DNA of 64,000 nucleotides, from positions 4,526,001 through 4,590,000 of the forward strand of contig JBHGNT010000018.1 of assembly GCA_043228905.1 (NCBI GenBank), read 5' to 3'. Below, one piece after another: positions 20,935 to 33,600 of the stretch (within the stretch, counting starts at the first letter, position 1; every line of letters starts with the position of its first letter). A model generated the notes under the pieces. That model was given only the letters and a program-made list of their open reading frames with translations, did no database searches and was not told the origin of the DNA. Made by a program: the position numbers and the translations under genes. This stretch comes from Azolla caroliniana. Its lineage: Eukaryota; Plantae; Polypodiophyta.

Positions 20935-22799
20935 CCAACCACACATGATTGTTGACACTTAGTCCAACAATGGTAAATGGTCTAGATTGAAGATCACTCA
21001 TCGATTACAAAACATGTCTTTAATGATAGTTACACTTATAAAGACACCAACTTACGATAAAGTGGAAATTCATAAGATTTAGAACATTTTTCATTATTTA
21101 ATAATGCATCTTATTAGAAAGTGAAGTTTTAGGCATATGGATCAATTAAAATATGTCCTTGATATATCAATGCCAAACATTTATATTTCATCACTGCATC
21201 CTGGATCTAAAGCTCACTCTTCAGTGATGATACCAATATCCACTAATCATTATTTCTAGACACGGTTGTTGGTCAACATTTCCTCCGTTTCGTCAATATG
21301 AGAAGCAAATTACTATGTGCATGAAACTATGTTTCCACTCAAGACTAGTTGCAGGTCTTATGCCACTCCACCTAGTTATATATAACTAAAGTAAATCCTA
21401 ACTCCCATGACCTTTTCATAAGATTCCAAAAGTTTTTCTTGCTCTTCACAAGCCCACTGAGACAAAGTTGATGCTTCCACATTATGACATAAATAGTTCA
21501 AGTAGGTCAATACTTTGGGATTCAATATTGCACAATTTAGCAACATCTCATCTTACAAGTAGGAAACCTCAAAGTGAGCCAATCAATACCATAGAAGACA
21601 TAACAAGCATATAGTGTTTGATACTAAGTGGCTGAAAACGTCAACAAGAATCAAATGCATGTTGACCAAATTTGAGTTAATTAGGATTGACCATGCCAAG
21701 GCTAGAAGCATAATGCAAAGAATAATGTGCTTCATTTCAAGCATAACTACCCCGAATGGGAACATTTTGGGGACAAGGACATAAATTTGACAACTGAAAA
21801 CACAACATTTAGCAAAATTTGAAAATAGAGTTGACATTCTCTTTGCATAAGGATCCTCATAGAACACTCGTGACAACCAACTTAAGTGAAAACATGTTTA
21901 GTCAACATAGTCAAAGACATATCAAGACATAGTACATACAATAACATAAGAAAATGCATTATAAAATAAGTTTTGAATAGTTTCATACATAAAACTCGCA
22001 TGGCTTTTTAAGTTGATTCCTCTAAACTTTAATGTTCATCTTGCAAAACCAGTTTTGAAGTTTATGTTACAAATATATCTATCAGAACTAGGCACTACGA
22101 AATATGTACATTGTCAACCAATGTTGTGAGAATTTGCAAGAAGGGCACGAAAGATGCAAGCGGGATCATCGACGCCTTGAACCAAAGAAAATGGAATTGA
22201 TGTCTTGACTCTTTACTGATGAAAGTTTGTGGGAGTTGGATGAGTATGTTGACACATGGTTATGATTTTGACAATATTTTGTGTTCAATTTGCGTGAGAG
22301 AGCTTTGTATATTAGTGTGTCACCTAACTAAATGTGTGCACGTGTGCCGAGTACTAGGGGGAAATGAGTGTAAGGAAGAGGGGGGGAAGGGTTAAACTAG
22401 GTGTGTTGTCTAAGCTTGGTAGAATGGAGTTGTTGGCTTGCCTCATGCATTGGTTGACGATGCCACACAACAATTGCAATTGCATTGATGGGAAGTGGGT
22501 CTATCACATGTTCCTTCTCTTCCTTTCCTCGATGATGATTGATGACTATATAATTGCCTTTCATGAAGGAATGACTTCATGTGCTTACCTTTACGCAAAG
22601 GTTTTCCATGATTGTGGGGAATTTCCATGAAGGGACCCCTTTGAGTAAACCTTATTGTGGTCAAGTTTACATGATAGTTCACTGCCTATTGTGTGGAGAA
22701 TCCACAAGATGGCTTGAGGTTCCCATAAGGTTTTTTCTCTTATAAGAAGACCTCAATGTGAGCATGTATGCCTTGTCCACATGAAAGTTTTGTGTCAAA

Positions 22800-23105
22800 C
22801 CCATGATGGTTGGGCTTCACTTGAATTACGCGTGCCACCTAGAAGGGGTGGGTGGTGGGGGCACCCAAATTTGGTGGTGTACCAACTCGTCCCTCTTGTG
22901 CATTTTCTTACACCATGATATGTTCCACACATCACTTCTAGAGTTTTATTACACATCTATGCTTCCCAATTGCTACACTTTGTGACCACCCTCCCTGATG
23001 GAACTAAAGGAGATGGATTAGTAAGAGGTTGATGAAATCCTCAATTCGAAGGCAATGTGCTAACAACTCATGTATCTAATCTAGTGGGAGGGGTATCCAT
23101 TGCAA
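22800..23105 (+). pseudogene. Highly degenerate chromovirus integrase C-terminus/chromodomain remnant
   Basis: Manual translation gives HDMFHTSLLE...EVDEILNSK...LMYLI*WEGYP. Confidence 0.55.
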
Positions 23106-23930
23106 GCCTTGATTCTACAATCGTTGGCCTTGATAGCCACGTGTCCCTTTCTAAGTTTTTCTTATCCAATTCTTGTTGGATTTCGTAGGTTAGCATTGGC
23201 AAAATGTTCTCTCTAACCTTGATTTCTATTAGTATGTTCTCATGTTTAATCTATAACCTTATTCCCGCAACTTGTTTGACTTCATCCTCTAGTAAAGGCC
23301 ATGGTTTCTTTGTCTCGTCACATGACCAAGGAAGATCATGAGTTTAGAAAATTGGGACATATCTCAAGTTTTTAACATGAGAATTGTATAGTTGTGGATC
23401 CTCAATTGGGGTCAAGCTATCGGGTTTCTCTAATAGATCGACTAGTAATGACCAAGTCTTTGCTCTTGAAGGGGTAATATAAATCCTAATATTGTTCTTC
23501 CTCAAAAGCATTCCTTTTTTGGTGCATGATAGTTCTGATTTGATTCTGAGCTATTTATTGTGTAACCTCCCCAAGGTTTATATTTGTATGAGGTTATTAT
23601 ACCTCTTTCCATTCCTCACGGAAGAGTGGTAGAAAATAAGGTCAATTTCCCTTTAATTCAACAAAAGTACATTTATTCAATTAACATGAATCTCATGGAC
23701 TGTGTACAAAAAGAATACACCGTTGGACTCAAGTGGTCGGTCGGTTGCATTTTTAGTTCGGTGTTAGAAAAAATATGTGAAATGTACAAAAAAGAATACG
23801 GTTGAACGTATATCACAGGAACTACTTCTGGAATCCTATCCATCAGTTCTATGACCCTCAAAGGTTGCTCAAATGTGATAATAGCTGTAGGTTTGGATGT
23901 CAGGGAATCTTTTGATACCAGAGAATCTTC

Positions 23931-23988
23931 TTTTGTTGCTATTTTCTGGTCTTTGATTGCCATCAAAGACCAAAAAATAGCAACAAAA
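23931..23988. repeat. 27-bp inverted repeat with 4-nt loop directly after the ALA stop codon
   Basis: Arms 23931-23957 and 23962-23988 match at 26/27. Confidence 0.93.
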
Positions 23989-24657
23989 TCAAAGGATCTC
24001 CACATGATGGTGATCTATCTTGTTGAGTTTGTGAGAAGGTGGCTTACGCAGTTTGCGTTTAATTTGCTGAACCATAGCAGTAAAACCAAAATCAGCTCTT
24101 TCAACAGCTTTCTCCCTCTCTTTCAACCACATCTCAGGGTCAAGTTTATCTTTATTGAGATACTTGATCTCTTGGATAATATGATGATCCATGGGTTGAA
24201 ATCGTCTTTGAAATGCTGACAAGGCAAGGTAAGGTAAGATGCAACCGGTTCCAATGGCAAGCACCGAAAACCAATGAAATGGAGATGGAGCTAATGCCTC
24301 AGAAAGGATTAAGAAAGCATTTGAAGAGATGAGTGGAGTAATTATCCCATAGATCATGAGAAAAATGTACCAAAGTAAGATACTACCCCATATAACAAGA
24401 TGTTGGATCCATGTGAAGTGGTTAGTTGCAAGAGCAATTTGGATATTGACAACCCAAATGATGGTTGTATACATGGTCGCACCAAGTGCTTCAAACCCAG
24501 CCACCTTACCGTCGTCTCTGAATGCCTGAGGATGGAAAACGCCAACAGTCAAAAAGAAGACTGCAATCGAACCGTATACGCCATTCATCATCCAACTTTG
24601 AATTCGAATCCAACTAAAAAACATGTTCTTTGGACCTTGTTGATATATGCTAGGAAA
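23989..24657 (-). CDS. ALA: ALA exon 11 (FPSIYQQG...stop)
   Basis: AG at 24659-24658; TGA at 23991-23989; 669 nt; C-terminal transmembrane helices. Confidence 0.88.
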   Translation of the reverse strand, partial: FPSIYQQGPKNMFFSWIRIQSWMMNGVYGSIAVFFLTVGVFHPQAFRDDGKVAGFEALGATMYTTIIWVVNIQIALATNHFTWIQHLVIWGSILLWYIFLMIYGIITPLISSNAFLILSEALAPSPFHWFSVLAIGTGCILPYLALSAFQRRFQPMDHHIIQEIKYLNKDKLDPEMWLKEREKAVERADFGFTAMVQQIKRKLRKPPSHKLNKIDHHHVEIL

Positions 24658-27600
24658 CTACAAAAGAGAGCAAATGGAATAAGGAAAAGCAAATTAAGCA
24701 CTATTGACAACCAAGAGATTGAATATGCTCTAGTCAATCAAAAGAGAGACTCAGCTATAGCATATCAAGGAAAAACACCAAAATATCCCCAACTTGTTAG
24801 ATATTTTCCAAGATACCCCTACCCCTAAGTTTTCAGAAATTACACGAGTTCTCCTGAGGTGAACAGAATTTAGCAAGTAAAATATCCAACAAGCTAGGGG
24901 TATTTTGGTGTTTTCTTCTTATATTAAAGGAAAATAGCTAGACACACCTCAAGACATACGTTCGCCGAAAGATCTTGTTCAAAGACTCCTAGGGCAAGCA
25001 CTGGCAATGATGTAAAAAAAACATTGAAAAGTGCATTAAACCAATCATTGTAGAGGGTCTGCCCTGAGAAATTCGAGAATGCTTGAAAGTAAAACAGTGT
25101 CAATCCAAAGAGTATGTTCTTGTAGAAAAAGTAGCACACCTGTGTATCATGCATAACTTAAACAAATTAATAAAATCATGCATTAGAGGAAAACAAGTCT
25201 AATTCATAGGGAATATTTGATGAGAGAGTAAAAAAATACCATGGTCGCTATCCTTTTGTAGCACCAATGACCATGAACGATCAAAAGCCTTTCAAGAAAG
25301 CGGAATTGTGCTATAGAAAAATCACTTGCCATGACCGCCTGTCACAATGATGTTACACAATTTTATTTCTGCCATTTCACTTCCTCCGTCAGACCTCAAT
25401 CTCTTTTTATATTTATCACTCCCATTCTAGTGCTCAAATCCCAAATTTATCTCTACAAACTGTAATGTTTACATTCAACCTTGTCGGTTTCAAATGCTGC
25501 TACTTTTCTCTCTTGAATCAACAAATAACCTATCGGCTCACATCACAAAATGTTTCACTCATTTCAGAAATCTTCAGTAACAGTATTGAATACCCTTTTA
25601 TATCAAGGTTTGGAAAGGCTTGCTCACAAACATCACTCCACAGTACACAAAGGCTTTTGCCTTTCTTCGTCAAGTTTTTCCTGGGAAAGACTACTTTAGA
25701 GAAATCCTTAATGTGTGCCCTCTCATACTGGGAAAAAACAATGAAAATCCTTACTTTCTTCAGGTATGGCTCTCCATCCCACTATCACTTTCACCTTTTA
25801 AAGATCTATTTCAAGATTTACGAGATTATTCATTTAGTTCTTGTGAAGATGCATTTAATTTCTTCGCATATTATATATGTTCCTACGGAAATAGAAGAGT
25901 TCTACGTAGTTTATTTCTCTGTCAAGTATCTCTCTTATCTCTATTTAGTCTTCCAAGAGGCCTGTTTGATTTTTGTCAAATCCCTGTGTTACTGAGATGT
26001 TTACCTAATCAATTTGTTTCCACAATGTTTGCCTAATCTTTACATTCCTTCCCACTGTTTTCCTGCAAGGTTTATTTAACCTAATCTCTCTGGTTTTTAC
26101 AATGTTAGCTTAATCTTTTTGTTGTGCTCCCTGTCCTTGCCTCTGTGTTTATTTGCCAGGTTTACTTAACCTAATCGCTCTGACCTAATCCTTGTACTTG
26201 TCCTACTGAATGAATATATGGCTCTCAATACCCATTAAGATGGACGGATCAATGAAAGACCCCAAGAAGATACTGAACTAGAAAAGGAAAGGATGGGAGC
26301 ACTCCGACTAGTACCTAAAGGGTGGATAAGATACCCAAAATGCATCTCTTAACCATTTGATTAAGCAAGAGGCGAATCATATGAGAGATGACATGAAAAG
26401 TGCCTTGAAAGAGAATGGCTAGAGATGCAAACATAGGAGAGTGGGCTAGCTAAATATCAATTTACAAGGAAATGCAAACATGGGTAGAGGGCTAAAGATG
26501 CCAAAGCTCAAGTCAATCATGCTCAAAAAGGTAGTTAAAAGCAAAAATTCCTTGGATAGGGGTAGCAAGAAAAGAAAAAAGGAAAACTGGTAGATAAAAT
26601 GGAAATGATAAATGCTACATTGGAAGAAAAAGAAGCCAAAAAGGAAAGCTCGTGCATTACATGTACGAATTGGTTGGGCCGAAAAAGGAAGCTCACAAGA
26701 AGATGTCAGGAATCTCGAAACAAAGATCGGGGCATCAGATATTCCATCAGAGATAAGTCTAAGCCTAAAGACACAATCATCCATTTCACGAATATGGTAT
26801 TCCATCAGAGACAAGTCTAAGCCTAAAGACATGATCATCCATTTCACGAATATGGTAAAAAAAACGCTTTCCAACCCAAGAGAAGGGCACTAAGTGTGAC
26901 AAATTATATTGAGACTCCAATCTAGTAAATGACAAGGAAAACATGCCATGAATGCTCAGAAGCAAGAAAGGGAAGCAATTGGGCTGTATATAGAGATGGT
27001 AAGGTCATTATTACAGAGACGAAAGCCACATGACGGTGTATGGAATATGAGACCTTATGCATGACTATCTGGAATTGCAATGGCTCTCTAAGGACAGATA
27101 TTGAGTATTTTGATACATTCAAGAACACAGATATCACGAAGTAAACAGAAAACCCATCAATGCATTGCTTGTAAACTCCCTGATGTACAAGGATATAGAT
27201 GGGAGTCAATATGTTGTCCCCAACCACAGATACCAAGAAGAATTAGAGGCTCCAGAGGAGTTCCTGTACTGTACAAAAATGAGCTCCATGATAGTGCACA
27301 TTGTGCATAAAGATGTCAATGCACATTATATCTGGATACGACTCCAAAGGGGGGAATCTAATTTACTACTTTCCACCTGCCTACTGAGGTTTGCACCCCT
27401 TGAAGAATCACCATATCTACCATTATATGACGATTTACTAGTATGGGGGATATAGTACTACTATGAGACTTCAATGCACAAATTAAGAATGGACATACAA
27501 CTATATTTGACACGAGTGAGGGTATGGAGTTAGTTATGGCAGAACAAGTTGGTATAATGGGAGAAGCTCAAGATATGAGTGAAGTAACAAAATATGGCAA

Positions 27601-30600
27601 AAATTTCTAGCTTTGGGAAGTGCGCATGGATTTGTGATATAGAATGGTTTGTCACAATCACTTAGATCAAATGTTGTGACATGTTGGAACCCAAAGGGAG
27701 GTGCAAGCAAAGTTGATTACCTGATCGAACCTCCATCTCTTATGCCCGAGAGTCCATCTCTTGCGCAAGAGATCAACCGTATTAGAGAAGATATCGAAAT
27801 AGCACTAAAGGAAGAAATGAAAAAGGAGATAGAGAAACAGAAATCAGAATTGTACGCCTCTATCAAGGCTGAGTTATTAGAAGAGATGCGGAAAGACATT
27901 ATAAGCCATGTGGAGAAATCACACTTAGAGCTCAAGGATGACATGACACAATACCTTAAGGATGAAATATCCTCAAGTAAAGTTGAGTTAGGAGCTATAA
28001 AAGTGGATTTTGAAAAAGGACAAGAAGCAGTGGAAAGATGCATCTCTACAGTGAAAGCCAATGTCATGAAGGAAATGCAAACATGGGCAGACATCGCCAA
28101 AGATGCCAAAGCTCAAGCCGAGCACGCCCAAAACGAAATTAAAGCAAATGCTCCTTGGATAGAGGTAGTAAAAAAGCAAAAAGGAACATCCACGGATAGG
28201 ATGGCAATGATGAATGCTACTTTAGAAGAAGAAGCAAAGAGGAAAGCTCGTGCATTGCATGTACGAGTGGTTGGTTGGGCCGAAAAGGGAAGTCCACAAG
28301 AAGATGCCAAGAATCTCGCAACAAAGATTGGAGCATCGGATATTCCATTTGCTTCGGCATGGAGAGTGGGAAGAGATGAGTCTAGAGCTAAAGCCCTTAT
28401 CATCCGCTTCATGGATATTGACAAGAAAAAAGCTTTCCTCTCTAAACGAAAGGCACTCAAGGGTGAAAAGATATACTTAGATGACGATCTCACTCCAGCC
28501 CAAGTGGCACACCGCAAAGAAAACATGCCACGAGTGCTTGATGCAAGAAAGGAAGGTAAATGGGCCGTATATAGAGACGGCAAGGTCATTATTACAGAGA
28601 AGAGAACCGCATGACGATATATGGCCTATGAGACCCTACGCATGACCATATGGAATTGCAACGGCTCTCTACGGACAGATGTCGGATATTTTGAAGATAC
28701 ATTGAAAAACACAGATATTGCTATGTATACAGAGACTCACCAATGTATGGCTAGCAAACTCCCCGAGGTCCAAGGATACAGATGGGAGTCAATATGTCGC
28801 CCCCAACCTCGGACACCAGGAAGCACTAGAGGTTCGGGAGGAGTGGCTATGCTATACAAAGAGGAGCTCCATGGTAGAGTGCATGTTGTACATAAGGATG
28901 TGGATGCACGCTACATGTGGATATGCATAAAAAGAGGGGATCTTAGGGAGCTATATATTGCAATTTGCTACTTTCCACCTGCCTATTCAAGGTTTGCACC
29001 TCTAGGTGAATCACCATATCTACCACTATATGATGATATCATAAGATTTGCTACTATGGGGGATATAATACTATTAGGAGATTTTAATGCACGAACCAAG
29101 GATGAACAAACAACTATATTTAACACCGACGAGGCTGTCTATGGAGAAGTTATGGTGGAAGAGGTTGGTCTAAAGAGAAAAGCTCAAGATATGAGTGCTA
29201 TAACTGAATATGGAAAACACTTTCTAGCCTTGGGAAGCGCGCATGGACTTGTGATATATAATGGCTTGTCACAATGGCCTGGATCAGATGCTTTGACATG
29301 TTGGAACCCAAAAGGGGGCTCAAGCACAATCGATTATCTAATGGGATCTCCATCTCTTATACCTGAAATAAAAGTGTTCATTATATCGGGAAGACCTATT
29401 GGCTTGGCAGCTGATCATGCATATCTACGCTTTGAGGTAAAGGATGGATGCACAAAGGATGTATATGCTAAGGAGAGTGGGCTGGCTAGGTATCTATTCA
29501 CTCGCGAGACAATTGATGTCTATAGTTGTGGTGTATACAATGGCATGCTAGATTTGGATCCTTTCGCACCCCTTGAAGAACTTACCCAAGGTTTATCCAA
29601 ATCATTGCATAAAGCAGCCACAAAAGCCTTCCCTCACACAACGGCTAACCCCCCCAAACTCGGTAGAGTAATACAAAATAGTTGGTATGATGATGAATGT
29701 CGTGATACAAGGAGATGCTTGCAACGTGATATAACTCGGGGCATTTATACATACAACCAAGTGAGAGCAACCTTCCAACGCCTCGTAAGGAGGAAGAAGA
29801 GATTGTATTTGGCTAAATTTGAAGATCATTTGTATCGCTTGTTTCTAGGACGAGAGAGTAAAAGAGCATGGAAAATGTTTAATGAGAGGCAACCCACCAC
29901 ACAATTGACCTCACCTCAGGTGTGGCATGAATATGCAAAGGTCCTATATGATACCCCGGGGCAACCTCCTCTTCCCCACCCAAATGCCTCACGCCCACAT
30001 GAATCAACCTTCTTTACACCACAAAATGTAAGAAATGCCATTGATAGGCTACAATTCGGGAAGGCCCAAGATCATGATGGCTTGGTGGGTGAACACTTTA
30101 TCTATGCCCGTGACACCTTGCTCCCATTGCTAGCACACATCTTTAATAGAGCCATGTGCGAAGGTTTTCTTACTAGATGGACTCAGCATACCATTGTGCC
30201 AATCCTTAAGAGTGGAGACCCCATGATGCCAAGCAACTATAGGACAATCATGATTGGCCATTACTTGGCTAAACTATATGGCTCGATTCTGGAATCAGAA
30301 TTGAGTATATGGGCAGAGCAAAATGGCTGCCGTTCAATTGGACAGGCAGGTTTTCGGAAGGGTTTCACAACTTTGGATCACATATTCACCCTCCGGGCCC
30401 TTATTGAGGAGGGCAGAGCCCACAATAAGAGGATTTATTGCTGCTTTGTGGATTTTCGAAAAGCCTTTGACACCGTGCCACGTGCTCGGCTTATGCAGCG
30501 GCTAGAGGCCATTGGTGTTCCTATAGATATGCAATGGGGAATCTATGCACTCTATGAATCTGTTTCAGGAAAAGTTCGGTCTCCTAAGGGCTTGTCAGAG

Positions 30601-33600
30601 GCGGTGGCCAGCACAATTGGCGTGAAGCAAGGATGCCCACTATCCCCCACACTCTTCGGTCTCTATATAGATGAGGTATCACAGTACATAGAGAGATTTG
30701 GTGGTTCCGGAGCACACCTAGCAGGTATAGCTATACAGATATTACTATATGCTGATGATATTGTGCTGATCTCTGACTCTCCGGAGGGACTACAAAGACA
30801 TCTAAATGCCTTAAAACTATTTTGTACGGACAAAGGTTTGTCAATCAACATGAATAAAACTAAAGTGATGGTGTTTAACACCACCCAAGCATGGGTAACA
30901 AGATCAGAACCAGAATTCTTCTTGGGAGAGGAAAGGTGGAATACACACGCTCCTACACATACCTAGGAGTAACATTTACAAGACCTAGGTTCTCCTTACA
31001 GGAGGCCGCTTGTGCCCGACTTTCTCGTGGATATGCAGCCCTGGGTGCTCTCGAAAGACAATGTGCACATTTGCAGTTCCAAGAGCCACGAACTAAGCTA
31101 TGGTTATTTGATACACTTATCACACCAACTCTTCTCTATGGAGTAGAGACATGGGGACCGAGTCTTAACAAGGCAAATCATTGGAAAGATTTAGAGAGAC
31201 CTTTAGTGTCAATGATTGCTCGCATGATAAGGAGCAAAGCATTGGTGCCCCACGATATAATCCGGGCAGAGATGGGAGTAGCACCTATAATAACCGAGGC
31301 ATTGTTCCGATCAGTGACATTTATCCAACGTCTTTGGGAGCTCCCTAAACGAAGGTACCCAAGGTTGGCAATTATGTCATCAAGACAATTGGCTGAAAAT
31401 GGAGACACTCACTGTTGGTATGCTGAAATGCAACAATGGTTCGAGTCACATGGCATGAGTATAAATGCACTACCCCCGTTCCAATATAGCTTGGACTGTC
31501 CCCATCTCAATATGACCAAAGTGGAAAAGAATAGAGTGATCCGAACTGATATTATTAACTTAGAAAACAAGATAACATGGATCAGCCCCAAAATAGCACT
31601 TGGTACAAAGATGGCCCACTATAAGACACACTTCTTACATACATCGGAGGATGGATTTGTCATAAGGCTACCTTATATGGACATACATCTATCCTATGCG
31701 CTGCGTAGTGTGATAGGGCAGCTGCGAACCTCATCACATCAGCTACAGATTGAGGTGGGCAGATATACACGACTACCTCTAGAAGAGAGAATTTGCCAAT
31801 TGTGTCATCAAGGAGTGGAATCTGAAGAACACTATGTTTGTCATTGTAGTGTCTTTTATGAAATCAGAGGGAGATACCATTGCCTCTTTAAACAAGGCTT
31901 TGGCCCACTACGCAAGGTAATGGAATATGAGGACCAAAGATGCCTAGGACTTTTCTTGCTCGAGCTCAAGAGACATCGGGAAAAGTTGTTGAAGAATACA
32001 GCCACACAAGCTCATCCACAAAGAACAATCACAACTTTCTTTAGCTCCATCACTCCTAATGCTAGAAGTCAACCCCAGGATACAGAAATGGGATCCAGAC
32101 CAGGATATAACAAAGGGGTTACGATTGATCGGGCAATGGCAATTTGCTGTGCACGTAGGCCCCGGCCCCATGGACCACGACCTCGACACCCTTGTCATCG
32201 ACAAATAAAAGCCATTATCTCCCGCCATCGTAGGTGCTTCCCTCGCTTCGGAGACATTTCCATTCTGGATCGACCCATGATAGAGATCTTTCGGAGACAA
32301 AAGCTACAATACACCTAACTTGAGAATCTCGCATGTGCCAAAAACCAGATTCTCTCGTCTCTTTTCTTTTCATCCTATTTACTTTTATATTTACTGTGTA
32401 ATATTTACTTTATTTTGATTTGTTCTCAAAGACGAGAAAACATTTAAGATGTAATCTCTTATTCGGTCTTATAGGCCATTTTGGCCTCTTAAAAGACGTT
32501 AATATATCTTTCTTTCTTTCTTTCTGATATACCTATTGGCTTGGCAGCAGATCCCACATATCTATGCTTTGAGATGAAGGATGGATGCACAAACATGTAT
32601 ATGTTAAGAAGGAGAGTGGGCTAGCTACATATCAGTTTTCCCGAGAGACAATTGATGCATATAGTTGTGGAAAATACAAGGTATGCTAGATTTGGATCCT
32701 TTCGCACCCTTAGAGAAAGTCACACAAGGATTGTTATTTCATGAAGCAGACACAATTGTCTTTCTTCCCACAACAGGCAATGCACCCTAAACTGGTATAG
32801 TTATACAAAATATTTGGTATGATGAGGAGTGTCGTGATATTCGGAGATGCTTGCAACGCAAAGTAACTCTGAGAATTTGACACACAAACAGGCAACAGCA
32901 ACCTTCCAATGCCTTGTGAAGAAGAAGATGAGATCATATTTGGCTAAATTTGAAGCTCGAGCGTATCGAATGTTCCTGGGAGTAGAAAGTAAAACAGCAT
33001 GGAAAACGATTGGTCACCTCAATTAGGAGATGCTTGCAACGCAAAGAAACTTCGGGGATTTGTACATACAAACAGGCAAGAGCAACCTTCAACACTTTGT
33101 GAAGAAGAAGAAGAGATCATATTTGGCTAAATATTGAAGCTCATATGTATCCATTGTTCTTAGGAATAGAAAGTAAAACAGCATGTATGGCACGAATATG
33201 TAAAGCTACCATAAGATATCCCCAACCAACATGGTTTACACCCACATTTATCCACCTTTTCTATTCCACAAAATGTAAGAAACAACATTGATAAGTTACA
33301 ATTTGAGATGACCCAAGATCATCAATTATTGTTAGGTGCGCACTATCTATGCCCGTTACACCTTGCTCCCGTTGCCAGAAAACATCTTTAATAGAGCTAT
33401 GTGAGAAAGTTTCCCTACTACCTGGACAGAACATACCATTTTGAAATTTTCAAGAGTGGAGACCTCATGATGCTGACCAATTATAGGTCAATTATTATTG
33501 GTGGCTACTTGGTTAAATTACGTGGCTCGATCCTAGAGTAAGAATTGACTGCATGGCTAGAGACAAATGGTTGATGTTCAGCTGGACAGGCAGGCTTTTG

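Larger units (their letters stand above)
27751..32525 (+). mobile_element. Young, 5'-truncated two-ORF LINE (RTE-X-like) ending in (CTTT)n
   Basis: ORF1 stop at 28614, 6-nt spacer, ORF2 at 28621-32318, 3' UTR and CTTT tail to 32525. Confidence 0.9.

Noticed and set aside
20940-22800. Possible genes in short ORFs
   Set aside because: No motifs or consistent splice structure; probably decayed repeats that I cannot classify.
25465-26036. 176-aa and 138-aa ORFs in intron 8
   Set aside because: No recognisable domain; they lie upstream of the old LINE and may be a TE remnant.
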